A DNA stretch of 48,179 bases, filler included, from Jimgerdemannia flammicorona (GCA_003990765.1; 2 parts of 2 records of this genome joined end to end with filler, not necessarily neighbours in it); one strand, 5' to 3'; shown: positions 1-14,718, counted from the whole stretch's first letter. The notes: generated by a model not told the origin, from the sequence alone. Numbers and translations are program-made.

Positions 1-2040
1 ACTCTCTTATCCATTCTAATCTATCAACCTCAATCTCACACCTCATATCCTGAAGAAGAAATATATCTGCATCTAATTTCCTTAGTTATCTAAAGATATT
101 ACTACATCTTCCTGCCCCCTGAAGTCTATTGATATTTATAGAAAATATATTAGTTATACTGTTCATAGTGAATAATATTATAGAGGTATGAATTCACTCT
201 ACAATTCCATACTCTCATTCTCTTCTACCAAATCCAAGTTCTGCTTTAGAGCTACCAATAACTCCACACAATCCTCTCCATCCACTATTTCTATAGATAT
301 ATAATACTCCTTACACACTATCTGCCATTTCACCAACCTATTTCTTGGCCCCTACAGATATGATGCCTGCTCATTCACAATATCTAGAAGAGTTACCTCT
401 CAGGTCCCATCCACCTCATACTTCTCCTCTTCCAACAGTGTGCCATCAGCTCATCTCTCAGCCTTCTCACCACACCCTTATCCCTCAGCACCTCTCCCCA
501 GAAGGCCTTACTGATCACATGAAAATCCATCTCTCTGAACTCCTCTGTTACCACATTCTTCATTGCCTTCTATATCTACTTCTCTCCACCAACTGTCTCC
601 TTCCCTCATGCTGACTCTCACCCCCCAGCTCCTCTGCTCTCCCCCTCCTCAGTTCTCCTGGATCCACTCCATCTATCTTCAGATACATCCTGCAACTCCT
701 CCTCTCCAACATCAGGCACTCTATACTGAATCAAAATCCCTTTTACTATCTCTATATCTGCCACCACCTCCTTTAACCCCAGTCCCAATTCTCTCTCCTG
801 GCCTTCTCCTTGTTGCCCTATTTCCACCCATATACTAGTCCTCACACCCTCTCCACTAGTTACATCAGCTCTCTTTGGGTCTCCTTCCAGGAATAACAAC
901 AGCTCCTTCTGTACCTTCCCCTCCTATACCTTTTCTCAGAGAGCCTGGTCTATCTGCACCTTCTTGCTATTGATGATCTCAACCACCATTCTAGTCTCAT
1001 ACTCCTTCCAAGCCTTCTGCCTCCTCTCAACTACTCTCACTATATCCTTCAGTACCTCCAGCAGATCCTCCTCCTCTGGTGTCTCCAGCACTCATAATAC
1101 CTTATATTCCACTGGTCCCCACCTTAGTACTGCTGGCCAATCCCTCTCTTTCCTAGTATTCTTCTTTTCCACCAGTCTCACTCTGACATATACATCTCTA
1201 GTCTAGAGTTCTGTCCCCTCCTAGACCTAAAACCCAATATTGACAATATTGTTAAACTCCTTGATAGTATTCTCTACCAGCTACCTAGCTTTCTCCTTTC
1301 TAATAGTCAGCAAGTCCACCACCACTAGTTGAACTACTTGGGAGTCTCAGCACATATACCTTACCATCAGAACAGTCACTCTTCCAATCACTAGTCCCTT
1401 CTCCTAAGCTCTCAACAACAACTCCTCTTTCTCAAAGCTGACCTCCACTAACTTGAGCTTTTTTCAAAAACTTCACTGAGGCTGCACCATTTACTTCCTT
1501 AGCCAAGAACCCCAGTACCATCTTTACCATCACTGCCAGGCCCCGGAAGTACATCTTAACTGTAAATTTGGATCTTGACTTTTTGAGTAACAGAGTCACC
1601 ACCCCTGTCACACTATCAGCCAGATTACAGGGCCTCATGCCCTTTCCACAACTCAGTCCATCATCAGCAGTCTCATCTAGATTTTTTTTCAGATTGCTCA
1701 TTATGCTCTCATCAGTAGTTACTCCATCAGCCACTACACTACCAGCCCTACTACTCTGGCCCCCCAAAGGGACTCCTCTCTTCCCCCCTGCAGCTGCCTT
1801 TCTCTTCCCCAGCTCCAGCCACCCATCTAGTCTCATTGCTCATACTCTCATCTTGACCTTATCAGTAAAGGTCAACTGTCCAATTCCCTGCTATCTCATT
1901 TTACCTCATCTATTACTGACTTCTCATCTCCTCAGAGAGGTACTCAGAATCTCAAAACCTATACCTTGACCCCTCCCCATATACTGTCATTCAAAAGTGT
2001 TGAGACCACCCTGCCTAGTATACTCTCTAGATTGCTTGTT
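1..2040 (-). mobile_element. L1/Tx1-like non-LTR retrotransposon, 5' part: decayed ORF1 (~200-1970) and start of ORF2 APE endonuclease (166 to <1)
   Basis: Minus strand from the ATG at 166 reads MNSITNIFSININRLQGAGRCSNIFR*LRKLDADIFLLQDMRCEIEVDRLEW, matching the APE start (N[VI]NGL...DIxxLQE...W). Upstream is purine-rich sense sequence with broken ORFs. The 5' boundary is approximate. Confidence 0.75.
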
Positions 2041-5000
2041 ACTTATTATGTCATTTTTATCTTTATACTAAAAATATTGGTTGAAGTGTTTTCTGAAGTT
2101 TGTATAATCTGAATATTACTGGAGAAAGGTCAGAGTTCCTTTTATATCTTGTATAAGATAAGATTCTTCCCACTTAGGCTCCAGTTTTCATGACTATATA
2201 GCTTCTACTATATTCTAATATACTAGGACTTTGTCTCCTATTTTGATAATCTCCACAGGCTTATGAATCTTCTCTGTATTATTCTATTATAGTGTCTGTA
2301 TCTTGTTTATATAATCCTCAGCCTTCTTTATGATTTGGTATAGTCTCCATATCTCTATATCCACATGTTTCTATACAATATCTCTATTAGATGATAGGGT
2401 TCCTTGAGAACTTTCTTCTCTGAATAGTAGTGAAATGAGTACTTTGTGATTGGATATCCTGAAGAGTGGATAAAGGTATTGGTAGATAGTGATCCCAGTT
2501 TTCATAGTTATTACAGATCTTGATGATAATATTCTTGAGAGTCTTGTTGGTCCTTTCTACTTGTCTATTCTCTTATAGGTGATAGGCTGTAGTCTAAATG
2601 GGCTGGATTTTGTACTTCTTGTAGAGAACCTTAAAGAACTGATTCATGAATTCTGTTCCTCTATCTGTAGTTACTTGCATTGGGGTCTTAAATCTGCAGA
2701 TGATTTCTTTGTAGAAGAAATCAGCAATTGACTATACATTGGCTTCTTTGAGAGATCCTACCTCTATCTATTTTGTGAAGAGATCTACAATGACAATGAT
2801 ATATTAGTTGCCAGTCAATATCAGAGGTAGCAGGTTAATTATATATATTGCTATATAAGTAAAGGGTACAGGTTCTATATGTTCTGATCCCAGAGTTTGG
2901 TTTCATTGGTCTTGTTTCTATTTCTGATATTTATTACAAGTTTTGATAAATTGTCTGATATCTTTCACTATCTCTAGCTACTACATTATTCTTCTTGCTT
3001 TATTATATATGTTTGTTCCTCCTAGATAGCTAAGTTTGTATACTGATTTCATTACTTGCTTCTTCTTATATTTGGGTATGACTAGTAGTTTTCCTTTCTT
3101 CAGTATTTCTCCATCAGTCTCAAATTATTTCTATGTTCTGTTGATAATTGTTTGTATTCATTCTTCCAGATATTGGGGAATCTTTCACTGTCCCTAGTAG
3201 GTGATGATTCTTTAGTAGAACTTTTTATTCATAATTGATTTATTGGTTGGAGGTCCTTTAGGGTATCTGTGAGAGGGTATCTGCATTGGCATTGGTTCTT
3301 TCTGGGCAGTATATAATGGTTATGTTATATGCTTGCAACTTCATGATCTATCTAATATATATTCCTTTGGATTTCCCAGTAGTTAGTAACTAGGTGAAGG
3401 CTGAGTAGTCTGTCTGAATAGTGAAGTATCTTCCAGTGAAATAGTAGTAGAACTTCTCTATAGCCCAGATGACTGCAAGACATTCTAACTTATAGGATTC
3501 ATATTCTTTTTCATCTCCTCTAGTCTCTCAGCTTAGATATATAATGATATACTCCACTTTGTCTTTCTTTTGAGCCAGGACTACTTCTAGTTCTTAGGCA
3601 CTTGCATCTGTCTGCAGGATGAATTCTTGAGTCCAATTGGGTCTTCTGAGAATAGGTGCCTGAGTCAGTCTAATCTTGAGCTCATCAAATCCTTTTGTTG
3701 TCTGCCAGTCTATTAAAACTTGACATCTTTCTTATTATGTTTATAGATTGGTCCTATATTGTTAGAGAATTCTCTGATAAATTGACAGTAATATGAGATA
3801 AGTTCTATAAAGGCTTAGACTTCAGTAACTGTAATAGGTCTTAAGTATACAGCTACTGCTTGAATCTTGAGAGGGTCTGTGTGTATTCTATCTTGATTGA
3901 TGATATAGCCAAGATAGATAATCTCTACTTCTACAAACTTGCACTTCTTGGGCTTAATGTAAAGACCATACTATCTTAGCTTCTCTATTATCTGCTGGAT
4001 GTGCTGCAGATATTCTTTGGCTATCTTGCTGTAGATGATAACATCATCCACATAAACCATCATCAATCTTCTTATATTATAGTGGAAGATTTTGTTTATC
4101 ATTTACTGAAAGCTTACAGGAGTATTATATATTCCAAATAATATTTACAGATAGATATAGGTTCCATCTGGGGTGATGAAAGCTGACTTTTTACTTACTG
4201 CTTCAGTGAGTCTGATTTGGTAGAATCCTGAGTATAAGTCTAAAATACTATAGTACTGTGCTTTATCTCTCAAGATTATGAGGATGTCACTTATAAGGAG
4301 TAATGGTTGGCAATCTTTCTTGATAACCAAGTTGAGCTTCCTATAATCAGTATAGAGTCTTGGGGCAAATTCTCCTAACTTACTTCCTCTTTTTGGAGCT
4401 AGTATAACTGGTGAAGTCCAGGGGCTGCTGGCTTCTTTAATAATACTGACTTCTTCCATCTGCTTGATTTCTTCTCTGAGCCATTCATAGTAGACTGGTG
4501 ATATTGGCCTTGCTTTTTGGTCGATTGGTTTGGTGTTTCCTATATCTACATTATGATAGTAGTATGGGGTCTTTTCTTTGATATTCTTAAAACCTATGGC
4601 TAGGATATTCTCAAATTCATAAAGTATCTTCTTGAGTTCCTTCTTGAGTGGGAATTTATTTTCAATAGTGTAGCTATGCTTATTTATAGTTTCCTCTTTC
4701 TTGTAATTTAGTTTGGTGATCTTGGTACTGGTGAATACTTCTCTTCCTATGGATCCAAATACTTTCTTTCTTCTTTCTATTTCCTCCAACTTCTTGACTT
4801 CCATGATTCTTGGCTGAAGAACTGGAAAGATCAACATCTGTACTAGTCAGTCCTTCTTTTTGTTTAGAAATGGAATTGTAGGATTGTAGTTCTTAATAAT
4901 AAGTAGTATTTCTCTAATATAATTTGAATTGATGACTCCTCCTTCAATTGTGATTTCACTCCTAGCTAGACTGCTTCTTGTCTTGAGAATTCTGATATAG

Positions 5001-7307
5001 TTCTTTGAAATGGTCATCTCCAGATCAGTTGTAAGTAGGGTAGTTCTGAGGCTTCAGTACAGCTTCTTCTACTGTGGCAATATCCATTCTGGCTATAATC
5101 TCTGACTTGTATTCTGGTAGAACTATATCAGGGTAGATCCTCTGAATCTTGACCTTGATTTATTCTTCATTATTACTGTCCTCCAAGAGGACTGGTGGTT
5201 TGTCATCCTCTTCCTTCTCCTCCTCTTCTCTTATCTGTTTTTCAAGAGCCATCTGTTCTCTTTTCTGGCAGATCTTTCTAACACCAATGCTATATTAGTA
5301 ATAGTCATTGATGTGCTCACAACAGGACATCTTGATTTCATGAAGACAGACTCCTTATAGTATATATCCTTCTGCAATCTTCCTGTACCAGTCTTCTTTA
5401 TTGATCCATCTGACTTTCTTGTTCTTTTTCTGAGTAGTCACCATATAGGTATCTTCTTGCTTGCTTTTTTCTTCCTCCATCTCAGATAGCACTTCTTTGT
5501 TGATATTAATGAGAATTTGCATCTTCTGGTCTTGGTAGATGATCTGTATCTTTCAGACATTCAGATCAATTATTGTCTTAGCTTTATGAAGCCACTGGTT
5601 GCCAATAAGGAGTGGTATTAGTCATGATCACATCTACTAGAATAATTACTCTCCCAAACTTGATGGGAACATCTTGGATCTTTCCTAGAGGTGTAGCTCT
5701 TGTGCTGTCTACTGTGATAAATACCAATTTGATTACTTCTTCAACTTCTCAACCTAGGTTGTCTGCTGCTTTCTTGCTGAGGAGACATTCTTCTCCTTTT
5801 ATATCAATGATGGCTTTGAAGATTCTATCTTCAATACGATAGGTTGTATAGCCAGAGGTCTTGCAATTGTCTTTGCTCTCTTCTCCTAAGTCTTCTTGAA
5901 TATTGTTGGTCTCAGTTATCTTCCAACCTTACTCCTTAGTTATCTCAGCAAGTCTATATCTCATTTTCTGTCTGAATGTAGATATTTCTGCCAGCTGGCT
6001 AAATGTTGCATTGATCTTTTATTAACTGAGGTTCTTGAAGATATCATACTTGAAGGTCTTGGATTTGCAAAGCTTCTTCTCCTTTTCTCCTTCACTGGCT
6101 GGAGTGGTTCTTCAGATGATATCTTGAACAGCCTGTTCTAGCTCCATATCTTGATCTGTTTCTTCATCTTGACTTTCTGTAGTAGTCTCCATCTAATTTT
6201 CCATAGAGTTCTTCTTGAGTCTCCCTAGTGGTCTCTTGTAGAGTTATTTATGGACATCTTTCTTAATAGTCTCAACATGGTAGGCTTCTCATTCTTTTTT
6301 ATCTAATTCTCCAATCTCTTTAAAGATTATGATACATATTAGCCTATTCCTTATTTTGCATAGTATTGCTTAGCTGGGCCTTGTACTTGGTTTTACTCAT
6401 ATATTCATATGAGTAGTGGCCTTCTTCTTCACAAGTATAGCAGGTACCTTTCTTCTTGTCTAAGGTAGTGGCAAACTTCTAAACTGGGTGGGGTCTCTTT
6501 CTTTAATTTCCTTTATTACATCTCCTAGGTGGACTGTCATTTTTACAAACTTCTTGGCAAGTTCCTCCATAGGATCACTATTCCTCTACTACTCAGTAGC
6601 TCTTGGCTGAGGTATGTTTCAATTGATCACTATAGTAGAGATCACACTAGTTGACTTGAGTGCTTTGATTCTAACTTCAGTGACTCTTTCTATTTTATAG
6701 TCTTATAGATATCTGGGTATCTAGTATCACTAGGCATAGATAACTTTTTATAATAGATCTAGAACTATTAATAATAAGCAGATAGCTAGGGCTATCTCTA
6801 GATGAACTCTTTTCATGAAGGTTATCTCAGCTACTTGACCTTGGATGACAGCAGCATAATCTATGAGGATTATCTGATATCAGATTCTAGTGTAGAATGT
6901 GTTTGGATTCTCACTCCTTCCTTAGTAAGTTGTGTTGAGCTGATCCTTCAGGGCTTACTTGATCTTATTTGCATAGTAAGTGGCTTGAAGCCAGGCCTTC
7001 TGTGCTATTAGTACTACATTGTCATTATTTTCTATATAGGTTACAGCTGTGAATGCTGCTCTTGCTGGTCCTCAAAGACTGAAGAACAGGAGGAGTACTT
7101 GCTATATTGCTGTCAGGGTCCTTATGGCAGCATAGTGCTCAAAATCATCAATGAAAGTAATGATTGATTTATCTGAAATATATTTATGAAATACTGGTAA
7201 TCTTATATCTATCTTGTCTGAATGTCTCAGTTTGATTTTTATGGTTGTTTAAGTGGTAGTGGTTGTTTATTATTTAGCTTAAAAGTGAGGAATTTGTCTT
7301 GAATCAT

Positions 7308-7323
7308 CAGCCAATAGATACCA
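7308..7323 (-). promoter_or_regulatory. Primer binding site of gypsy A (TGGTATC..., tRNA-iMet-like)
   Basis: Minus strand reads TGTTACA-ACT-TGGTATCTATTGG right after the LTR; only the first 7 nt match the canonical TGGTATCAGAGC. Confidence 0.55.
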
Positions 7324-7326
7324 AGT

Positions 7327-7754
7327 TGTAACATAGTGAACACCTAATCTCTAAAGTACAGCAGATTTCTGTATCTTGAAAACTTGACTTATTCCGACTC
7401 TCCCAGAGTCTACAAGATACAGAAGAGTGAGTTTGAAGTATATCTGCTTGCAGACTTACTAGTTCTTTTGCTTTGAATTATTTCAATTTGAGATTTATTC
7501 ACTCTAGATACTGGGATATTTATATAAGTTTGCTAGTTATAAGATGGCTAAGTTATGACTACATTATCTGTAAGTTATTTTCAATAAGTGTAGATCCTCT
7601 ATATCTATAAAATCTTTATGATCATAATGATTCTACATTTGTAGAATATGACTGCTATTTGTAAGGCTATACTATATTTGGGAATCAGATTCAGATATCA
7701 TAATCAAATATCTATTCTTCTGATTCATGTTACTAATTCAGATCAACCATAACA
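7327..7754 (-). repeat. 5' LTR of gypsy A (428 bp)
   Basis: TGTAACA...ATAACA termini; homologous to 9086-9582 and 17820-17911. Confidence 0.88.
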
Positions 7755-7887
7755 TTAGTTAGTTATATAATTAGCTAGTTGATTAGTTAGTAAGTTAGTT
7801 AGTTAGTTTGCTAGTTAGTTATTTAGTTAGTTAGCTAGTTTATTAGTTAGTAAGTTAGTTAGTTAGTTAGCTAGTTAGTTAGCTAGC

Positions 7888-7922
<35 letters not shown>

Positions 7923-7970
7923 CTAGTTAGTTAGTTAGTTAGTCAGTTAGGTAGTTAATTAATTAATTAA

Positions 7971-8017
<47 letters not shown>

Positions 8018-8142
8018 TTTAGTTATTTATATAATTAGCTAATTTATTAGTTAATAAGTTAGTTTTTTTGTTAGTTAGTTAGTTAGATGGTTAGATAGTT
8101 AGATAGTTAGTTAGTTAGCTAGTTAGTTAGTTAGTTAGTTAA

Positions 8143-8194
<52 letters not shown>

Positions 8195-8355
8195 CTAGCT
8201 AGTTAGTTAGTTAGTTAGTTAGTTAATTAGTTAGTTAGTTAGTTAGTTAGTTTGTTAGTTAGTTAGTTAGTTAGTAACTTAATTAGTTAATTAGTTAGCT
8301 AGTTAGTTAGATAGATAGTTAGTTAGCTAGTTAGATATTTAGTTAGTCAGTTAGC

Positions 8356-8389
<34 letters not shown>

Positions 8390-8499
8390 ATTAGTTAATT
8401 AGTTAGTTAGTTAGGTAGTAAGTTAGTTTGTTAGTTATTTAGTTTATCTAATTAGCTAATTTATTAGTTAGTAAGTTAGTTAATTTATTATTTAGTTAA

Positions 8500-8543
<44 letters not shown>

Positions 8544-8544
8544 C

Positions 8545-8580
<36 letters not shown>

Positions 8581-8747
8581 CAGTTAGCTAGCTAGTTAGT
8601 TAGTTAGTTAGTAGTTAGTTAGTTAGATAGTTTGCTAGTTAGTTAGTTAGTTAGCTAATTAGTTAGCTAGTTAGTTAGCTAGTTAGTTAATTAGTTAGCT
8701 AGTTAGTTAGTTAGTTAGTCAGCTAGTTAGTTAGTTAGTTAGTTAGC

Positions 8748-8781
<34 letters not shown>

Positions 8782-8845
8782 TTTAGTTTATTATCCAATT
8801 AGCTAATTTTTAGTTAGTAAGTTAGTTAGTTAATTAGTTAGTTAA

Positions 8846-8889
<44 letters not shown>

Positions 8890-9013
8890 GTAGCTAGTTA
8901 GCTAGTTAGTTAGTTAGTTAGATAGTTAGCTAGCTATTTAGCTAGTTAGTTAGTTAGTTAGATAGTTAGCTAGCTAGTTAGTTAGTTAGTTAGTTAGTTA
9001 ATTAGTTAGTTAA

Positions 9014-9060
<47 letters not shown>

Positions 9061-9085
9061 TATAATTAGTTAGTTAGTTAGTTAG
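7755..9085. repeat. (TTAG)n degenerate tetranucleotide array, ~1.33 kb
   Basis: Continuous TTAG units with CTAG/TTAA/ATAG/TCAG variants, running precisely from one LTR end to the next. Confidence 0.97.
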
Positions 9086-9582
9086 TGTAATATAGCAGAT
9101 GTATAACCATATAAGTATATTAGGTTTCTTTATCTTGAAAACTTAATCTTCTTCAACTCTGCAGTATCCTTAAAATGTAGAAGTGGGTGAGTTTGAAGTA
9201 TATCTTTCTGCAGACTTACTAGTTCTCTTACTTTCACTTTATATAGAATTATTTCAATCTGAGATTTATTTACTCTATATATTGGAGATATTTATACAGA
9301 TTTATTAGTTATAAAGTAGCTGAGTTATGAATATGTTTTCTATGAGTCATTCTTCATAAGTATTAATTATTGACATCTATTATATCTTTGATAATTATCA
9401 ATACTTTAACATCTGTGAAATCTTTGACATTTGTGACTACTTTAACATTTGTTAAAGTTTCTAAATTTGTGAAATATGACTGCTATTTGTAAGACTATAC
9501 TATGTTTGGAAATCTGATTCTGGTACTAACATTACATATCTATTCTACTGATTTATATTACTAATTCAGATCAATCTTTACA
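9086..9582 (-). repeat. 3' LTR of gypsy B, with polypurine tract at 9583-9595 (minus TTTAAGAGGAAGT)
   Basis: TGTAA...TTACA termini, homology to LTR A, adjacent purine tract on the minus strand. Confidence 0.85.
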
Positions 9583-10478
9583 ACTTCCTCTTAAATAGAT
9601 AATTTATCTTTAAAACATTCTATTCACTTAAACTCTCAAGCATTTACTATTTGTATCTTCTTATATTATATAATCTGTATCATTACAATCTCTCAAAAGT
9701 ATCTCTTAATATATTTAATATCTTCTAAGACTAATGTTTGGACATGGGCTAGAGCTAATTTATTATCTTTCAATAACTTGTTAATTCATTTGATAATTGA
9801 GATTTATATCAAAGAGCTGGTACTCTCTGATCTAATCTTCTTTTCCATTTCTGTCTATGAGTTTAGTAGCTGTCCCAACTCAAAGTATTCTTGAAACTCA
9901 GTTTTGTTCTGGTAGGTCTTGAAATATGAGATTTAAAATAAGTATATCTCAACTATTATCAAAGGATTCTTCTATGATTGGTAGTTCTATAGTAAACCAT
10001 TGTCTTTCTATAACTCATAGTACAGTACTAGTAATCTTGAGGACTGCAGCAGTACTTCATTGATTAGTCATGATATTTCTTGATTCAGTTTTAGTAAATG
10101 ATAGTGTGGATGATTATGCCTGAGAGTTTTCATAGTCAAAAGGTTATTATATCTTATACTAAGTTTGGTTCTTCTCACTTAGGCTCCAGCTTTCATAACT
10201 ATGAAGCTTCTATAATGTTCTGATATACCATAACTTTGTCTCTTATCTTGATAATCTCCAGAGGCTTGAAATTCTTTTCTGAATTATTCTATTGTTATAT
10301 CTATGCCTTGGTTACATAATTCTCAGCCTTCTTTCTGATTGGTATAGTCTTCATATCTCTGTATCTATATGTTTTCATACAGTATCTCTATTGAATAATT
10401 AGGTTCTTTGAGAACTTTCTTCTCTAAATAGTATCTCTCAAGAGTTGACTAAGTATCACTTGGTTCTAGACTATTTCA

Positions 10479-10611
10479 GAGTTAATTTATGCCATTCTGA
10501 AAACATGGTCATGTTTTATTTATCTTATATATAGTGGTTTTATATCTGCAAATCCATCTGTCTAAGATATATATATGAGATAATTCACAGATAAAAATAG
10601 CAATAAAACAT
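10479..10611 (+). repeat. DIRS left inverted terminal repeat
   Basis: Reverse complement of 15023-15155 (e.g. GTGGTTTTATATCTGCAAATCCATCTGTCTAAGATATATATATGAGATA). Confidence 0.92.
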
Positions 10612-13600
10612 CCCAGCTCTCATAAAGTCCATCTCTTAGCCATTTTGAAAGCTTTGGCAGTTTGCTCTTTTTTTATATATATGTAACTTCTATTACTAGT
10701 GAGATAATGAATGATAACCAAATCCAACAACAATATGACCATGCCACTCAGATTGAATATGCTGAATTCTTACATCAGATCACCAAGGCTGTCACAGTTA
10801 GCCTCCATCCTCCTCTAACAGATCCAGAGATTGCAAACAATAGGAAATACTGATACATTATAACATCCTTTTCCTCTAATGATGGGCTGATAAACTCTCT
10901 TATCTCAGAGATACTATCAATGAAATGAACCTCTATAACAAGAATAGTAGAGATAGGATTTCCTCACTACTATCTAGATAAGAGCTCTTGGGCAATATCA
11001 TACCCCTCCTACATTAACTGATGTGGTCCCCCAAGATAAAATTGAAGCCTATCTTACCTCTGCTAGCTTCTGAAAACTCCTCTGCCACAATCTCAAGTCA
11101 AGGTGGGATATCTTCCACACCCACAATATTGATGAAGCCTTTATCAATGACTTCCCTAAAGCAGCTTAGGAAGCAGACAAGGTTCTTGCTGGCATCTAGT
11201 GAGTGATCTATAATATCCTCTATATCCTCAAACCTTACTTAGATAGGGCTGATGTCTACTATGGACTGGTCCATACTGCTATTATTCCCCTCTTAGTGGA
11301 AAAACTCCAGGACTCACTCCAGTTTGGTTTCTATGAGACCAAATATATTTGAATTTACCACTGCACAGAACTTGCCAAGGCTACTGGCTGGTCCTCTGTC
11401 CTTCTAGCTACACCATGGTCTCTGGCTCCAACTTCAATAGTGATCTCTTTAGTGCTGACTTCATCTGCTGTTTCTATGATAATACCAAACACCAGAAGCA
11501 CTGTCTGCTCATTTGTGATATAGTCAAATCCAGCCATTGTAGAGGTACTTCCCACCATAGTTCAACTCTCTCTGGGGGCTATAGCTAGAGAAATGAGATA
11601 CAGGAGAACCACTGCCTCAACTACTGCCAACAATCATCCTGCTCTTGAACCCATACCTCAAGTGCCAACAGCTATGGGGTGTTCAAAGCTCTATACTCAG
11701 GGCACAGTATACTTTAACTGACCACCCAACTCTAAGCCCTTCTCTCTATCACACAATCACCTCTAGGTTACTAAATGTTATATCAAAGATAGGAGTGTGA
11801 CTTACTCTGATTTTTGAGTCCACTTGGACAGCCTTGAGCATAGACTACTGAACTATTGATATAGCTCATAGTAAGAACAGAATTGAATGAATAAGTCTCT
11901 TGAACCCCCTCCAGACCAAATCTCAGTTTTCTTATAAGCAGGGTATATCCCAGATAGAAAGAGCTTTGATGGATATAGCTATTGCTGAATTCCAGAACAA
12001 GGATGACATTTATACCACTCTCCCAGGGGATCTGCTTTACTATTCCAATATCTTTACTATCTCTCAGATTGAAAAGGTCTGTGCTTATCTTGATATATAT
12101 CTTCTAAATAAGTTTATATAGCAATTGCACTTTAAGATAGAAGGTATTCAGATCCTATACTACATGGTTTGCTGAAGTGACCATCTCATCAAGATTGATA
12201 TCAAGGATGCTTATCTCTACATCTCTCTTTATTCTGATGACTAATGGCTTCTGGTATTTCATTAATAATAGATCAACTAGATGTTCTGGACCATACTATT
12301 CCGACTGTCATCTGTCTCTTAGATATGGACCAAGATGATAGCAGCTATTCTGGAATCTCACTGGTAGTAGGGCATCTGGCTAATCTACTACATCAATGAT
12401 ATCTGCCTTCTGGCCTCATTCTAAGAGAAGGCCCTCTGCCATAGAACAATCATCTACCACTACTTGAAGGTATTGGGATTCCTCCTGTACTCTACAAAAT
12501 ACATATATCTAAGAATCTAGCCAACAACAGACTTTCTTGGGATTTCTGATCAATATAGGCAAGATGGAACAATATCTACCCCTGGACAAGGTCTGTAAGA
12601 TTCGCAAGAAAACCATCTCCTTTCTTTGCTGTACCACCTTGATTCCAATATACAAGGTTGTCTCAATAGTGGGTCTATGCAACTCCACCTCTCAGACAGT
12701 CTTCCCAGCCTGCTTTTGGGTCTGGCACCTTATATAGGACATTTAAGAGGTCATTTAGGTCAACCTTGACAATTAGAATAATCTGATGGCCATCTCTCCA
12801 ACATCCTGTGATGATCTACAATAGTGGTCCCTTGAACTGGCCAAGTGGAATAGCATATAACTTCTCTCTGAGTATTCCAAAGTTATTATTAATACTGATG
12901 TAAGCAACTATAAGTGGGGTTTCAACATTACTACCAGTACCTCCCAAGCTAGATGCAAGACAACTGGCTCTTAGACCCCTTGGGAACAGTACCAATTCAT
13001 CAACTACTTCAAGCTCAAGATAGTTCTTTTTGTCTTCCAGATCAATAGCCAACATTGGGAGTATCATACAGTCCTCATTCAGATGGACAATATGACTACA
13101 AAGATTTTATCAATAAGCAGAGGGACTCTCTCCACTATCTGAACAATGTGGCAGCCCAGATTCATTGTCTCTATCTGATGAAGAAGATTCTCCTCTTTAC
13201 AGAACATATCCTCAGCATCCAAAGTATACAGGTGGACTTCCTGAGCTGGATCTGTCTCTGCCTCAATAACTGGCAACTGAACTCTCAATTATTCTGCCAT
13301 CTCCTCTGGGCTCCAAATCTCTGGACCTCTTGGCCTCTTGAATGATGACTCAGATACTCTACTTCTATAGCTATCAGAAAGACCCTGAGGCTCTGGAGAC
13401 AGATGCTTTCATCACTTTTGGTCAGTCTATGGCACATATATAAACCCTCCTTAGATTCTTATCAATTAAGTCCTGTACAAAATTAAGTCCAATCACTTCT
13501 AGCATCTCATACTCATTATACCATTTGGATACAATATAGCTGGTGGTCCAAACTTCTCAGCATGGCCATGATACCCCTGATTCTTCTTTCTTAATACCCT

Positions 13601-14718
13601 CTGATGACAGCATCAGTAACCCAGATGATATATTAGACTGCTCTGATATGGAAAATCGGCAGGAATCCCCAGATGCTACAATATTGGCACCAGAGGCTCA
13701 CTGGCTTATCTGGGCCAACATCTAGAATTCCTCTTGCAAGAACTACAAATCTGTCTTCCAACACAATGCTCATTGTTGCCATCAATAGTATATTGATCTC
13801 ATGTATACCTTTATTAAATAGAAATTAACTGCCTAGCACGGTTCTTCTAAGAGAGAATGAGCACCTATCAGCTCTACAGTATATATACTACCATCAGATG
13901 GTAGACACCATTAATACATGGCACTTGTTTTTTGACCCTCCCATCTGTTACCCATTTAATCTAGAGTATAGCAAACTTATATCTCCCTTTCCATAAGAAT
14001 AAGTCTCACTGATAATATATAGCCTCTCTCATTCAGTGGTTGGCTTCTCTGGACTCATATAATACCATGAAGACTCAGGTCTTGTATGACAAGAAAATGG
14101 ATATACTTCTGACCCTTTGCATATCTTTACAGATGGCAAGTGACTTTGCAAGATGCTGGATAATTATTTGTTTTTGTAGTGGCATAAATGACAGGCTGCC
14201 TGAAATGATCCTAACTGCCAATATGACTAAGGAATGTATCTACAAAGGTCTCCCACTCTATCCCAGCCCTCTTTGAGGACATGGATATGTATCCTGTCTA
14301 CTGGACTTTCTATTGGACTCATGAGTTAGAACCCCTATGCCCCCCTATCAATAGTGACCTCCTCTTTATCAGTGCATGCTCTCTATATTATAACCTTACT
14401 CCTGACCATATTCACAACCGATTCTCCAAGTACATGGCTGCCATGAGTATCAATCCTATCTACTATCCACACTCTATATAGACTGAATCTTTCACTGAGG
14501 CCCTTGAAGGAGGACACCTATTGATGAGGTTCTTGAGAGTAGCAACTAGAGCTCTTGGACGACCTTCAAGTACTATTATCACCTATCACACCAGACACCC
14601 ACCCTCTCTAGCAAGGTGCAGACTTCTTCTCTGATCTATATGGTCCTTTGGCATAAGAGCAAGGGTATCTGCAAGACCCCCCTCAGATGCTCTACTTGTC
14701 TTTAATCTACAAACAACT

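Larger units (their letters stand above)
2060..7754 (-). mobile_element. Ty3/gypsy LTR retrotransposon copy A, decayed, with its 3' end lost at the LINE
   Basis: Minus-strand order: gag with CCHC knuckle (CYTCEEEGHYSYE[Y] ~6400-6450), protease (KAIIDIKG = decayed DTG, ~5800), RT (SPWTSPVIL, DLYSGFYQI, VYVDD; ~3700-4560), RNase H (LQTDAS ~3610), integrase (TDRGTEFMN ~2650). Many TAG/TAA stops. Confidence 0.92.

Noticed and set aside
345..1969. Plus-strand Leu/Ser/Pro-rich ORFs
   Set aside because: Antisense shadows of the LINE ORF1.
7755..9085. Telomere repeat interpretation
   Set aside because: The unit is TTAG, not TTAGGG, and the array is internal with no G runs.
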